Shown here piece after piece: positions 42,755-62,496 of a stretch of 64,000 nucleotides of DNA. The stretch is from the NCBI GenBank assembly GCA_951406725.2, contig OX597818.1:79608001-79672000 (forward strand), read 5' to 3'. The position numbers were made by a program, and so were the translations under genes. The stretch's first letter is position 1; every line of letters begins with the position of its first letter. Origin of the DNA: Octopus vulgaris (lineage: Eukaryota). The notes under the pieces are model-generated. The model was not told where the DNA came from. It made no database searches and saw nothing but the letters and a program-made list of their open reading frames with translations.

Positions 42755-43275
42755 TGAGATAGAGACAGACAGACAGAAAGATAGACTGTGTGTGAAAGAG
42801 AGAGAGAGAGCGAGATAGATAGAGAGGATGACAGAAATATGTATATTTTAAGACTTATTAGGAGCCCATATTTAATTAATTTTCTGGACAGTTTTAAAGA
42901 AATTTTAATTAGCTATTAGTAATAGTATATCCGGAAATAAGTGGCATTAGAATTTTTAAATAAGGCTGTAGTTAGTCATTACGTTATGGGGGACTTGTCA
43001 CATACATATACACACATGCATACACACACACAAAGAACTAGAAAGCGAACGATCAACACCACATTGGTGGATGGATCGTTCCTTTTAATATTAGAGAGTT
43101 ACGGATAATTACGTAATCATTTTCTCGTAACTCTAATAATACTTGCAGTTCGGCCATCGAATCAATCGGACACGTTGGCGAAAATACCAGTATTATTCAA
43201 ACTACGACTAAATAATTGAGAATTTAATTGCATGAAACCATCGATATCCTATGAACAACACTCTACTATTAAATG

Positions 43276-43311
<36 letters not shown>

Positions 43312-43354
43312 ATACATACACACACATATATACACGCACACATACACACGCACG

Positions 43355-44058
43355 CAAATTATAGATATATTACATTCCTAATAATTATGATGCATACTCT
43401 TCTTTACTATCTCTTCTCTGTCTGTCTCTCTCCCTCTCTTGTTCTTCATCCTTTCTGGTTTTGTCTCCCATCTTTCCCGATTATTCTTCTCTCCCCTTTA
43501 CAGTTCCCTCTCTCCTACTCCTCCTCTTCGACGCTCTCGTCGCTGACACGTGATCAGAGGGAAGCCATTTTTCCGACTACTATCTTCACAAAGACCAAAC
43601 CAGCTTATCATGTCTCTTCATAAGCTGTCTCCTTAAGCGTTCACAATAATTTTTCCATCGTCTTGGGTTAACAACCCTCATCGTTTGTGTTTACTGTTTT
43701 GTTCTCATTGTTCAGTCTTTTACTGTTTTTACTTTTTTAATTGGTTTTACTGTTTTGTTCTTACTGTTCTGTTCTTGTTACCGCTTTCACCTTCCGCAAA
43801 AAAACTCCAAATTTTATTTAATTTGCTTTGCGGGAAGGATTGTTTCAACGAAGTCGCATCTTGTCCTTACCTTCGGAACACGGAGTAGATGAAACAGGAA
43901 CAACTGAATAAGGGGAAATTTCTTTATGTTGTACGTCTCGTTTCTCTGGGGGTTTTTTCGTTGTTTGAAAAAAAGTTCGTTTCTATGTTTTTGTTTTTAT
44001 GTTTTCGTTTCTCATTCTGTTCAACGTTTTTTTGATGTCCTGCACCCATATATGCATG
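43355..44058 (+). mobile_element. Non-coding repeat family D copy
   Basis: CT-rich tract, cacgtga, T-rich tract, caactgaataaggg and terminus gatgtcctgcacccatatatgcat. Confidence 0.55.
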
Positions 44059-44117
44059 TATATATACATATATATGTAGGTATGTACATATATGTATGTA
44101 TATATGCATATGTTTTA

Positions 44118-44157
<40 letters not shown>

Positions 44158-44159
<2 letters not shown>

Positions 44160-44862
44160 GCGCAGGAGCGGCTGTGTAGTAAGTAACTTGCTAACCAACT
44201 ACATGGCTCCAGGTTCAGTCCCATGAACACCATGAGCAAGTGTTCAAACACCATGAGCAAGTGTTTTCTACTATACCCTCGGGCTGACCAAAGCTTTGAG
44301 TGGATTTGATAGATAGGAACTGAAAGACGCCTGTCGAATATGTGTATGTATGTGCGTGTGTGTTTGTGTGTGTGTGCGTGTGTATCGGTGTTTTTCACCC
44401 TAACATCGCTTGACAACCGATGCTGGTGTGTTTATGTTCCCATAACTTAGCGGTTCGGCAAAAGAAACCGATAGAATAAGTACTAGGCTTACAAAGAATA
44501 AATCGATTTGTTCGACTAAAGGCGGTGCTCCAGCATGGCCGCAGTCAAATGACTGAAACATATATATATATATTCGTTCTTCTATTCTTTTATTCTTTTA
44601 CTTGTTTCAATCACTTGAATGCAGCCATGCTGGAGCACCGTCTTAAAGGGCTTTAGTCGAAGAAATCAACCCCAATACTTATTCTTTGTAAGCCTAGTAC
44701 TTATTCTATCGGTGTCTTTTGCCAAGCGGCTAAGTTACAGGGACATAAACACAGCAACATCGGTTGTTAAGTGATAGCGAGGGAAAACACACACACATAT
44801 ACATATGTACGACGAGCTTCTTTCAGTTTCCATCTACCATATCTACCCAGAAGATTTGGGTC
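44158..44862. mobile_element. Two family A SINEs tail-to-tail (44158-44560 plus; 44595-44862 minus, truncated at the PLE remnant)
   Basis: Family A motifs. The first copy has a small internal tandem duplication, aacaccatgagcaagtgtt. Confidence 0.8.
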
Positions 44863-44864
44863 GG

Positions 44865-45635
44865 TTTATATCCCTCCATCAGTATGTACATTTCACTATC
44901 TTCCGACAAAATGGAATTTGATACAGTATCAGAATACTACAACAAAGCACTTGAAAGAAGCGGATGTTCAGAAAATGTATAGTATATATAAGTACCTACA
45001 TCTTCCAAATGAGCACGTAGAATACGGAAAATCTTATCGAATAATTCGCCATCAATTTTAATGTATGCACGAATGTATCGAAAACATTACTGGAACTAGT
45101 TTTGCCACATTTCCCAAAATCCATAGGAACTACAAGATATTTAATAGAAACACAATTAAAGTCTCTTATTCTTGTAACGACTTCGCTAACACGATCAACA
45201 AAGTTGTTAAGGAGTAATAGTTACACGAAAGCAATTGTAACTTTAGTGATTCCTCTAGGTGTCCCTTTACATGAAATGCCTGAATACTTCAACTGTTTAC
45301 GGAGCCGAAGTTCAAATCAGCGGTAAATTTAACTAAAATTCTAGATTGCAGCGAAAAGAAACTGCTTCAAAATTCGTTAATAGTCATTCATTTTTCAACC
45401 CGGATGGTAAACATTCCACATGTCTTTCGAACTACATTGACACCTGCAAAGAAGCCAATTTACAATACTTTAAACTACCATGGACCATCTTAAATTCTGT
45501 ACCTTCCTATAAACATGGAAATGCCAATTTTATTTGGCGGAGAATGTCACCATACTCCTCCAAGATGAAAATTGACTAAACACGAACAAAGAGTTGCTAA
45601 GTACTTGTTTGCACGAAACCTAATATCTGCATAAA
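44865..45635 (+). pseudogene. Penelope-like element RT C-terminus plus GIY-YIG endonuclease remnant
   Basis: Across frameshifts it reads LSSDKMEFDTVSEYYNKALERSG; HFPK/HRNYKIFNRNTIKVSYSC; CN....SRCP..KCLNTSTVYGAEV; HSTCLSNYI...WTILNSVPSYKHG; NTNKELLSTCLH. The order and motifs are typical of PLE ORFs. Confidence 0.85.
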
Positions 45636-46005
45636 AACTGTAAACAAGATCAAACTTAACTCTAACTATAACGATAAAAAACTGGAAATTAAATCATGAC
45701 AATCTGTAAACAACACACAATCCGAATAGTTAATCATCTAATAAACATAATGCACACATAATAAAAACAATATTTGTTCTTTACAATAAGTAAATGCTCA
45801 TCGACCAACTTCTAAACATTAAACCCATTCGACAAAAACGAAGGCATTCACTGGTAGCATTTCGAAATTTCACTGGGATGATAATAGTTTATATAAACAT
45901 TGAAATGAACATGTTACCGTTTACCATCCATTTCGAAACATATTTCTAGTTTTTATACAAGATATTTAATTTTAAAATTATGAATTTCCTATTACCACAT
46001 ATATA

Positions 46006-46594
46006 CAAGCGTAAGTCAACAATTATCCGCACTTTCGTCATAACATGTCTTTATTATTATCACATTGTCTCCTGTGCATAGTTGGTACTATTGTGGTCAC
46101 GTACTTATAATCGATACTATTGCGGAACAAAGAGCAGAGATCCGAGAGATAGTAATGGTGAACCGGTTCACCATTAACATCTTTCGAGCTTGCTGAATCT
46201 TCTCGTCAGTGGTAGAGGTTGACGGACGTTCTTCTCCCTCTTCGTGCGTCACGCTTGTCAGGCCACTTTTAATCTTTTCGATCCACTCATACACACTTCT
46301 ACGCGGTAGTGTACTGTCCCCGAATTGTTCTAAAAGCCTCCGATGAATTTCAGCACCTGACACGCCTTGCGACCAGAGAAATTGGATCACTGCTCTTCGT
46401 TCTTAGGCGCACATTGCTAGTAGAACAGCCATACTTACACTGTAAAACCAGAAAAAGAAATGGCGTGATCAGGCTCAAACTTCGATCACGTGACCACAAT
46501 AGTACCAACTATAAGCACGCGTGCGCAGAACGCAGTGCAACAATGATAAAGATATATTATAGCGAAAGTGCGGATAATTTTTGACTTCCCCTCG
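46006..46594 (-). mobile_element. Internally deleted mariner element with about 100-bp TIRs and TA TSD
   Basis: TA|caagcgtaagtcaacaattatccgcactttcg ... cgaaagtgcggataatttttgacttcccctcg|TA. ATG at 46432, then an in-frame stop, then RAVIQFLWSQGVSGAEIHRRLLEQFGDSTLPRRSVYEWIEKIKSG..RPSTS (mariner HTH). Confidence 0.92.
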
Positions 46595-46971
46595 TACATT
46601 ATTGATAACCGCTAAAATTCATAAAAGGATATTTACATAAAATTACAATCTTTAATTTCATTGTGATTATCACCAATTTATTTCCAATTCCTTACTATTC
46701 ATACAAATAATCTCAAACATTTCATAAGTTCAGTGCTTGTAATCATACGCATTTCCATAAGCAAATTTTGAACGCATAATTTTGGTTAAAAATAATATAT
46801 ACTCGGGTGAAAGCATCTCATGTGCTGCATTCAGTATTTTGAAATTTCGGAGGAAAGTGCACAACCGATATAAAAACTCGAAGGAACGATTTACAACCTT
46901 CATTCAACTCGCTAAGCTTTGTTTTTAGGGCCTCGTCCGAGCGCATATAGTTTTGAATATATACATACATT

Positions 46972-47120
46972 TTTTGCAATTAACATCATTAGCTTGCAGC
47001 TGTTTCTTCTAACAGATGCAGTGTACTCAGAGCTTCAAAACAAGCTAAGTTAATGCACAAAAGTTCAACTCTGAGTGTACAGTGTCTTATAGCAGAAACA
47101 ACTGTAAACTAATTGCACTA
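46972..47120. repeat. Old inverted repeat with 3'-half hammerhead motif in both arms
   Basis: Plus ctctgagt...gca GAAA caactg TA aactaat versus minus ctctgagt...gaa GAAA cagctg CA agctaat. Confidence 0.5.
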
Positions 47121-47240
47121 TTTCTTGTTCCTTTGTCAGTTATTTAATTTCATATTACATTCGACTAGCGCTTTATTCTCAAGCGTACGTAAAATGAGTT
47201 CTAACACTAGTTTATTAGCATCACAATGCCTAATCGAAAC

Positions 47241-47275
<35 letters not shown>

Positions 47276-47525
47276 CATGTATATAAATTAGAGAAGAACC
47301 ACCATGTAGCAATTCAACAATGATATACTTAAATAATACCATATAGCAAAAAAATTAAAGATACGATAAAATATTTGCCTAGAACTAAATAAATTACGAA
47401 ATGATAAATAAATAGTATATAATTAGTATATAATCGTTTCAATTACTCATGCCAAAGTCAGACAATATATATATATATATATAAGAAATTAAAAAAGGAA
47501 AATACGCACACTTACATGGTTTTAA

Positions 47526-47564
<39 letters not shown>

Positions 47565-47566
<2 letters not shown>

Positions 47567-48530
47567 CGGTTCTTGACTGAAGACTGAGGGTTTCGAATGT
47601 CCTGTCCGTGTTTATTGTATCGTCTTCTAAGAGTTATACGTTCTTATCCATGTTGTATTTTTCTACATACCTTAACATATATTCCAGGCGCCCCGTACCC
47701 CCCTTAACATTAATGTGAGCACATATTCTTAATAATTGGTACGACTCTCTGTTTGTCTCTCTCTCTCTCTCATTTTTACTTGATCTGTCCCCCTCTCTCT
47801 CTTTTCTCTCTACTCATCCTCTTTTTCTCTTCTCTTTCCTCTGATTCTTTGGTCTAGTCTTCCACTACCCTCCTATTTCTTTGTCTCGCTCTGCACTCAC
47901 AGGTCATTCTTCGACACCCATCCCTTCTCCTCTCTGATTCCTTCTTTCTCTCTCTTCTCTCTCTTTGTTGCGTTTGTCCCTCCTCTCTCTCTCTCCTCTC
48001 TCTCTCTCTTCCTTTGCTTCTCTTTCTTTTCTTTTCCCTCTTCTCTGTCACGTGACTGTTGGCCGAAATCTGCCTTTCAGCTTCTGACCCTCGTCGTGTT
48101 AACATCGCTGTTTTCGTCCGCCACTATAAAGGCTTTTTCCATTGCGCCAGAGAAAAAATTTGTTTGCTTGTTATCAGTCGTAAGACACTGTTGTTTTCAC
48201 CGTTAATGCTTCTGTATTTCATGTTTCTGTATTCCATTATTGTTTTTTGTTTTTTTTTATATCTGTCCCTTTTGCTGTCCTGGTGTTCGTATGCATTCGA
48301 TCCTTCTTCCAGGAAATCTACGCTTCCAGCTTAGTTTTTCTAATGCTCGTTGCTTAGTTTTTCTTGGAGGGCTGGCCGTGATCTAGTAATCTCAAGATTA
48401 ATCAGCCGAAATTACTACGATGATCCGGTTCTTGACTGAAGACTGAGGGTTTCGAATGTCCTGTCCGTGTTTATTGTATCGTCTTCTAAGAGTTATACGT
48501 TCTTGTCCATGTTGTATTTTTCTACATACC

Positions 48531-48534
<4 letters not shown>
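47565..48534 (+). mobile_element. Non-coding element with 111-bp terminal direct repeats (47565-47675, 48424-48534) inside (TA)n; family D-related
   Basis: The direct repeats differ at 1 position and lack TG..CA ends, PBS and ORF. The body is CT-rich with cacgtga, and TA arrays flank both sides. Confidence 0.85.
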
Positions 48535-48621
<87 letters not shown>

Positions 48622-48624
<3 letters not shown>

Positions 48625-48903
48625 CGTGTGGCTTAGTAGTTAGAGAGCTTTCGGCTCACAATCGTAAGGTCGTGAGTTCAAATTCCCGCGATGCGTAGTG
48701 TCTTTGTCCATTCAGCTGGCAAAAATGAGTAGTACCTGTACTTCTAAAAGTGCCAGTTTTGTTACATTCTGTATCACGCTGAAGTTTCCAATGAACTACG
48801 TTAAAGGTACGCGTGTCTGTTGAGTGCTCGTCAAATTCACAAGCAAGCTATTCCGTTGATCGGATCAACTGGAACCTTAAGCGTCGTAACCGACGGAGTG
48901 CCA
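48622..48903 (+). mobile_element. Family C SINE variant
   Basis: A box tggcttagtag, B box gagttcaaattccc, and a tail shared with 39481. Confidence 0.8.
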
Positions 48904-49799
48904 GCTTTTTTTCCATTATAAGAGAGAGAGAGGGGGGTGTATTTGGAAACTACTGAATAGGGAACAAAAGGAGTCCGATTGAAGTTTGACTATCTTAAAT
49001 AATTAACTTGTAGCTATAAATGTCTGTTTGTGGCCAACGGTGAGCATCGATGACAACCAAATGCAGCTTTAGGCAAAATAACACTAGAAACCTTTGCGAT
49101 TGAGCAAATATGATTTCTTACTATGGAACTTCAAATACACTGGAAAAGATATTTTAAACCAAGGAGACTTCCAACTGCATTTTATTTTCGACCAAATCAT
49201 CATAAGATTCCTACGATATTCACATTTTACAAAAACATTGTCAAGCAAATTTATTAATGAAATTTCAGTCTATAAAATGCAACGGCGTTTACCATCAGCT
49301 TTAACTCCTCCTTTAGTAAAATACAACACTCCCACATCAACAAAGATGGTATCGTAATCCTAAAAATGGAGAAAAAAGTGCGAACATTATACTGGAACTT
49401 GACCCCTAAAACTCCTAATCTTGGAATTCTATCCTCTACCAGTATCATCGTAGATTCTGTGTCACCAGAGACGATTTCTCGTCAGCGATCATTTCCATTA
49501 CTCATGCCAAAGTCAGACAATAGCTGTACCCAATCACATTTACTCATTTCGTACCCAGCATTATATTCGTTTCTCTGTTATTACATTTGTCTTGAAGTAT
49601 TAAGAATTTCCGATTGTTGTTGTTTTTATTGTGGTTTTTATTTTGATATACTTATTTATTTTAGGTTGTATTTATATCAGTGTTAATATATTTTATAACA
49701 AGAACATTAAAAGTTTAATAAAATAGCTTCATCGTCCGGGTCACAGAGCTTCAGGTTTCTCTGATCGTAAATGGGTGCGGGGTTGCTTTCGTAAATACA

Positions 49800-56700
<6,901 letters not shown>

Positions 56701-56799
56701 AGTGAGTATGTGTATGTATTTGTATGCATATATAAACATTCATTATTGGAAATTAAACATAAGACCGAACTAACAACAATTGTTAAAATTAGTATTATT

Positions 56800-57397
56800 G
56801 CAATTAGTAGAATCGTTTGATGCATTGCGCTTTATGTTTCAGCTTTTTCTATCCTGAGCTCGAATCCTTCTGCAGTGAACTGTGACTTTCATTCTTCTCA
56901 GGTTGATAAAAATACGGTACAAGTAAAAGTGGTGTGACCGACTTCATCGGCTAATGCTTCTCACCAGATTTATTGTCCTGCGTTTATAATCGGAATATTG
57001 TCCTGGGCGTCCAGCAGGCAGAAACGTTAGCACGCCGGTCAAAATGGCGTGCGTTTTCTCTTCTGATACATCACGTTCTTGGTTCAATTTCTGCAGGAGG
57101 TGACTTTTTTTGTTTTTCTCGAGTTCGACAAAATAACGTATAAGCGAAGCGGTAGGATCGATGGCATCACCTAAAGCATTCTAAAACGTTGGTCTTTGTA
57201 ACTAAATGACAAACGACTACACCAAATAAAATGCTGAGCGGGATATCTTCCGCTTTTAAGTTCTGAGTTCAAATGCCACTGAATCTACTTTCACTTTCTT
57301 CTTTCCGGGGTCGATGAAATAAGTACCAGTTATGCAAATTAGTCAGTGTAATCGACTAGCTACTTTCCCCAATATTTCAGGCCTTGTATAGAAAAGG

Positions 57398-57468
<71 letters not shown>

Positions 57469-57726
57469 GGCGAGCTGGCAGAAATGTTAGCATGCCGGAA
57501 GAAGTGCTTAGCGGTATTTCACCTGTCGCTCCGTTTTCAGTTCAAATTCCGCCGAAGTCGACTTTTCCTTTCATCCTTTCGGGGTCAATAAATTAAGTAC
57601 CAGTGAAATACTGGGGTCGATGTAATCGACTTGTCACCTTCCTAGAAATATCAGGCTTTGTACCTATATTAGAAAGGATTATAATAATAATAATAATAAT
57701 AATTATTATTATTATTATTATTATTA

Positions 57727-57782
<56 letters not shown>

Positions 57783-58195
57783 ATTAAGGTGAGCTGGCAG
57801 AACCGTTACCACTCCGGGTTAAATGCTTAGCGACATTTCGTCCGTCTTTACGTTCTGATTTCAAATTTTGCATTGTTCGACTTTACCTTTCATCCCTTCG
57901 GGATCGATAAAATAAGTACCAGTTGCGCCCTGGGATCGATGTAATCGACAAGCTGCCTCTACGAAAAATTCGAGTTCTTGTAACTCTAGTAGGAAAAATC
58001 ATTATTGACAGCGTCAAGCTTGCATAAATCGTTACCGCACCGGACAAAATTATTAGTAACATTTCTTCTGGCTTTAAATCCTGAGTTCAAATTCCGCCGA
58101 GGTCGACTTTGTCTTTCGTCCTTTCGCGGTCACTGTAACAGATTAATCTCCCCGCAAGTTACAGACCTTGTGCCTATATTATTATTATTATTAAA
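56800..58195 (+). mobile_element. Head-to-tail array of about six family B SINEs of different ages linked by (TTA)n
   Basis: Heads at about 56800, 57015, 57230, 57467, 57786 and 58005, all on the same strand. Confidence 0.8.
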
Positions 58196-58234
58196 GAAAT
58201 AATGATCCTCCTTACAATCACTATTAATTGTTAG

Positions 58235-58276
<42 letters not shown>

Positions 58277-58531
58277 ATTAGAGACAAAACCACTATTAGG
58301 CAAATCGTATTTACGTATGTATATATTTATAATCACTAAAGATTCAATCCCGCCCAACCCCTTCCCTCTCTATCTCAACACCCAAACTTCCTCATTCTAC
58401 ATCGAGTGAAAAACGGGATGGACGCTTCGATTTTGTGTTGGTGCCCCACTCTCTCGTACGAGACTATGAGGATTTGCATCCCCAACGTAAAACTTATAAT
58501 GTAATACATGTCCTTGATGTAGTAATTGTAC

Positions 58532-58609
58532 GCGGCTGAAGAAGGCTATAGACACACATTATGCACTGTTATAAAACCGTCTAATAAAGGCCCGAAACAT
58601 ATGTACCGC
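58532..58609 (+). ncRNA. Type I hammerhead ribozyme motif in a 370-bp (TA)n-flanked element (about 58270-58640)
   Basis: gcgg CTGAAGA aggct.tagac...gtcta...ggccc GAAA catatg TA ccgc. Stem I is 4 GC pairs and stem III is the palindrome CATATG. The first pair of stem II is an A-C mismatch. Confidence 0.85.
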
Positions 58610-58638
58610 TAATCCTTTGCATCATGTTTTTATTTTGA

Positions 58639-58702
<64 letters not shown>

Positions 58703-58749
58703 GCATGCATGTGTGTATGCATAATAGAAATATATCTATGTGTGTGTGT

Positions 58750-58982
58750 CTTTTATCTGTTTCAATCATTAAACTACGGCCATGCTGGTGCACTGCTTTT
58801 GGAAATTTTTTAAAAGTCGAATGAATCAACTCCAGAACATATTTTTAAAACCTGAAACTTATTCTATCAGTCTCTTTGCCGAACCGCTAACTTACAGGGA
58901 TGTAACTACACAAACACCGGCTGTAAAGCGTTGATGCGGTACAAACACAGACGCAAAGACAAGCACATACAGACAGACAGAC

Positions 58983-59081
<99 letters not shown>

Positions 59082-59232
59082 CGACGGACTTTTTCAGTTC
59101 CCGTTTATCAAGTCCACTCTCAACGCGTCGGTCGCCCCGATGCAATAATAATAGACACCTGCTCACACGCAGTGGGACTGAACCCGAAACCGTGTAGTTT
59201 GGAAGCAAATTTCTTACCACACAACTACACCT
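58750..59232 (-). mobile_element. Family A SINE with internal (GATA)n
   Basis: Family A motifs. Confidence 0.8.
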
Positions 59233-59535
59233 ACACACACACACACACACATATATGCATAATTGAGAGATACGTACAGATACATGCTAAAATAGAACGG
59301 ACGTCGTTATGTTTAAAACTTTGCAAGCTGTGTCCCATCATGGCCACTGTATAAGTGCACCAATCAATAGAAAGATAAAAGGTATATATATATTAGCAGT
59401 AATAAACAGTCCGACAACTGATGAGGTATCATCTTCTTTTGATGTTTTGTCTTGTACTTTTCTCTTGTGTGTTTACGTATTTTTCACTCGTTGGTGATGT
59501 CTTGTACACAATGTATATTTTTCATTTTATATACG

Positions 59536-59622
<87 letters not shown>

Positions 59623-60019
59623 CTTTCTCTGTCAATATTGTCCATTTGCTTAACTCATCCTAATCTAATATCTTCGGTAGACGTATCTCCTGTCACTCAC
59701 ATATGTATGTATCGTTCGTGCTTGTTTTTTTAGAGAGCACATTCCCTCCGTCTTGGTTTCCTCTCCCAGTGATATCCTCGTCCGCTTCTTGAGTTTTGCT
59801 TCTTATATCACTATAAAAATATTGAACATAGTTCAGTGTTGCTCCTTCCTTATATTTGAAGTCGCCGGTACTTTTTGCTCTATAAACTAAAATATTTACC
59901 ATGTTTATTTGAGAAACCGAACAGGAATAAAATATGCATAAAACAACTACATACATGTATATGCATAAATATTTGCAATTATAATATATATATATATATA
60001 TATATATTATTAGTTCGTT

Positions 60020-60236
60020 CTTTTACTTGTTTCAGTCATTTGACTGCGGCCATACCGGAGCACCGCCTAAAAGGGTTTTAGTTGAAGAAATTGACCCTGG
60101 GACTTATTCTTTGTAAGCCTAGTACTTACTCTATTTCTTTTGCCGAACCGCTTGGCTACGGGGACATAAACACACCAGCATTGGTTGTCAGGCGATGGCA
60201 GGCGGGGGATAAATACACACACATACATACATAAAT

Positions 60237-60277
<41 letters not shown>

Positions 60278-60288
60278 GATAGAGAGAG

Positions 60289-60344
<56 letters not shown>

Positions 60345-60374
60345 TGATAGATAGATAGATAAATTGATAGATAG

Positions 60375-60409
<35 letters not shown>

Positions 60410-60572
60410 CGAGGGGCTTATTTCACTTTCCGTCTGGCAAATCCACTCACAAGGCTTTGGTCGGTCCGAGGTTATTGTAGACGACACTTACCCAAGGTGC
60501 CACACAGTGGGACTGAACACGGAACCATGTGGTCGGGTAGCAAGCTTCACACCACATAGCCACACCTGCGCC
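60020..60572 (-). mobile_element. Family A SINE with expanded internal compound microsatellite
   Basis: Family A motifs on either side of the CA/TA/GATA/TG tract. Confidence 0.85.
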
Positions 60573-60982
60573 TATAAGATATATATATACAATTGTACCA
60601 GTGTGTCGACCTAACTATCGGATGATTTTCTGCACCGCTAGTCACAATGCGCTTCTTCGCATAGGTGTAGCATTCCAATGATGTTACCTCGCTGGTTAGG
60701 CGGACCGACTAACATTTTCCCCTTCAACGGGACGCATTCCGCCCTAGGGTTACCCATTTAGAGCTGCGCCGAGTGGAGCAACGGGAAATGAAGCGTTTTG
60801 CTCAGAAACACAGTGCAGCTCCGATTGAAAGCAAGGAAATCGAAACCATGATCTTGCGATCGCTACCACAGCACTGTAACCACCAATTTATGTGCCCACA
60901 ATGCATATGTATCTATATCTATGCATTTATCTACCTATATGTATGTATGTATATATCAAATATATATATACATATATATGCA

Positions 60983-61016
<34 letters not shown>

Positions 61017-61075
61017 TGTGTGTGTGAGTATACATATCTATGTATATATGCACACAGATGAATATACGTGCTTGT

Positions 61076-61280
61076 AAGGCGGTGACCTTGCAGAATCGTT
61101 AGCAGGTCGGCGAAAATGCGTAGCAGAATTTTGTCCGTGTTTATGTTCTGAACTCAAAGGCCACCAAGGTTGAGTTTGCTTTTCATCCTTTCGGGGTCGA
61201 CACAATAAATACCGGTCGAACACTAGGGTTTACTACCACCCCTAAACTTGCTGGCATTGTGCCAGAATTTAAAGCTATTT
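61076..61280 (+). mobile_element. Family B SINE
   Basis: Head aaggcggtgaccttgcagaatcgttagc and core tttgcttttcatcctttcggggtcga. Confidence 0.75.
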
Positions 61281-61329
61281 ATATGTTTAAGGACCAGAGC
61301 GTAATTTCAAATATTCTGAGCACTACTAT

Positions 61330-61518
61330 TTTACTTGTTTCAATCGTTTGACTGCGGCCATGCTGAAGCACCGCCTTTAGTCGAACAATTCGACCCCAGG
61401 ACTTATCCTTTGTAAGCTTAGTACTTATTCTATCCGTCTCTTTTGCCGAACTGCTAAGTTACGGGGGACGTAAACACACCAACATCGGTTGTCAAGCGAT
61501 GTTGGGGGGGGGGGACAA

Positions 61519-61554
<36 letters not shown>

Positions 61555-61720
61555 TCACATATATACGACGGGCTTCTTTCAGTTTCCGTTTACCAAATCC
61601 ACTCACAAGGCTTTGGTTGGCCCGCGGCTATAGTAGAAGACACTTGCCCAAGGTGCCACACAGTGGGACTGAACCCGGAACCATGTGGTTGGTAAGCAAG
61701 CTACTTACCACACAGCCACT
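61330..61720 (-). mobile_element. Full-length family A SINE
   Basis: Near-consensus copy. Confidence 0.88.
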
Positions 61721-62496
61721 CTATTGAGCATCACTAGATCTAACCTGTTGACTCTTTTTCTATCTATTTATCTATCTATGCCATTAGTCAGTTTAATTTC
61801 AAGATTTCTTGCCACTAGAGAAAGAGCCGGTTTCTAATCCAGATCCAAAGAGCTTTCATTGGAATTTCAACAATGGTATTTTTGTTTGTATGTATGTATA
61901 TATGCAACTTGTATATTTTGCTTTATGAATCTATTCTCATGCATATAGTTGCATGTTTAGACATGCTCATATATGCTTAAATACTAAACTTCTAGAAAGT
62001 TTTACAGATTTTTATAGTTCCAGTGGTGGCTTGGGTCTGTAGTCTTCGAATCAGCTTTCTCTTTTTATTATTTTTTTTGGTTTTGAGAAGCCTAATTTCT
62101 CTATGTGTAATGGTCATAATCGTCTAACGAGGACACACACTCATCATTTATGTATGTATACCTGTATGTATGTGTGTGTGAGAGAGTGTGCTTTGTGTGT
62201 GTGTGTGTGTGTTTCTGTGAGTGTGTGAATTTATGCATGTGTATATCAATATACATTATATATATATATATATATATGTGCATGTATAAGTGTTTATATA
62301 AAAGTGCATACATATACACACACTCATGCTCGCACTCACACACACACACACATATAGATATAAAGAAAGAGAGAGAGAGAGAGGGAGATATATTATATTT
62401 TACTCTTAATAATCTGCAGCAGCTAAAGAGTGACACAAGAGCCAAAAGTATTCTTACTCTCAACTATTGAGTTACTCTCCACAACTACTGCCGATT

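Noticed and set aside
56800-58195. CRISPR-like repeat/spacer appearance of SINE arrays
   Set aside because: The units are SINEs of about 200 bp in eukaryotic DNA, with no constant short repeat and no cas genes.
59693-59956. 87-aa non-repetitive ORF on the minus strand
   Set aside because: No recognisable domain or splice structure. It lies between TA tracts and is probably repeat-derived.
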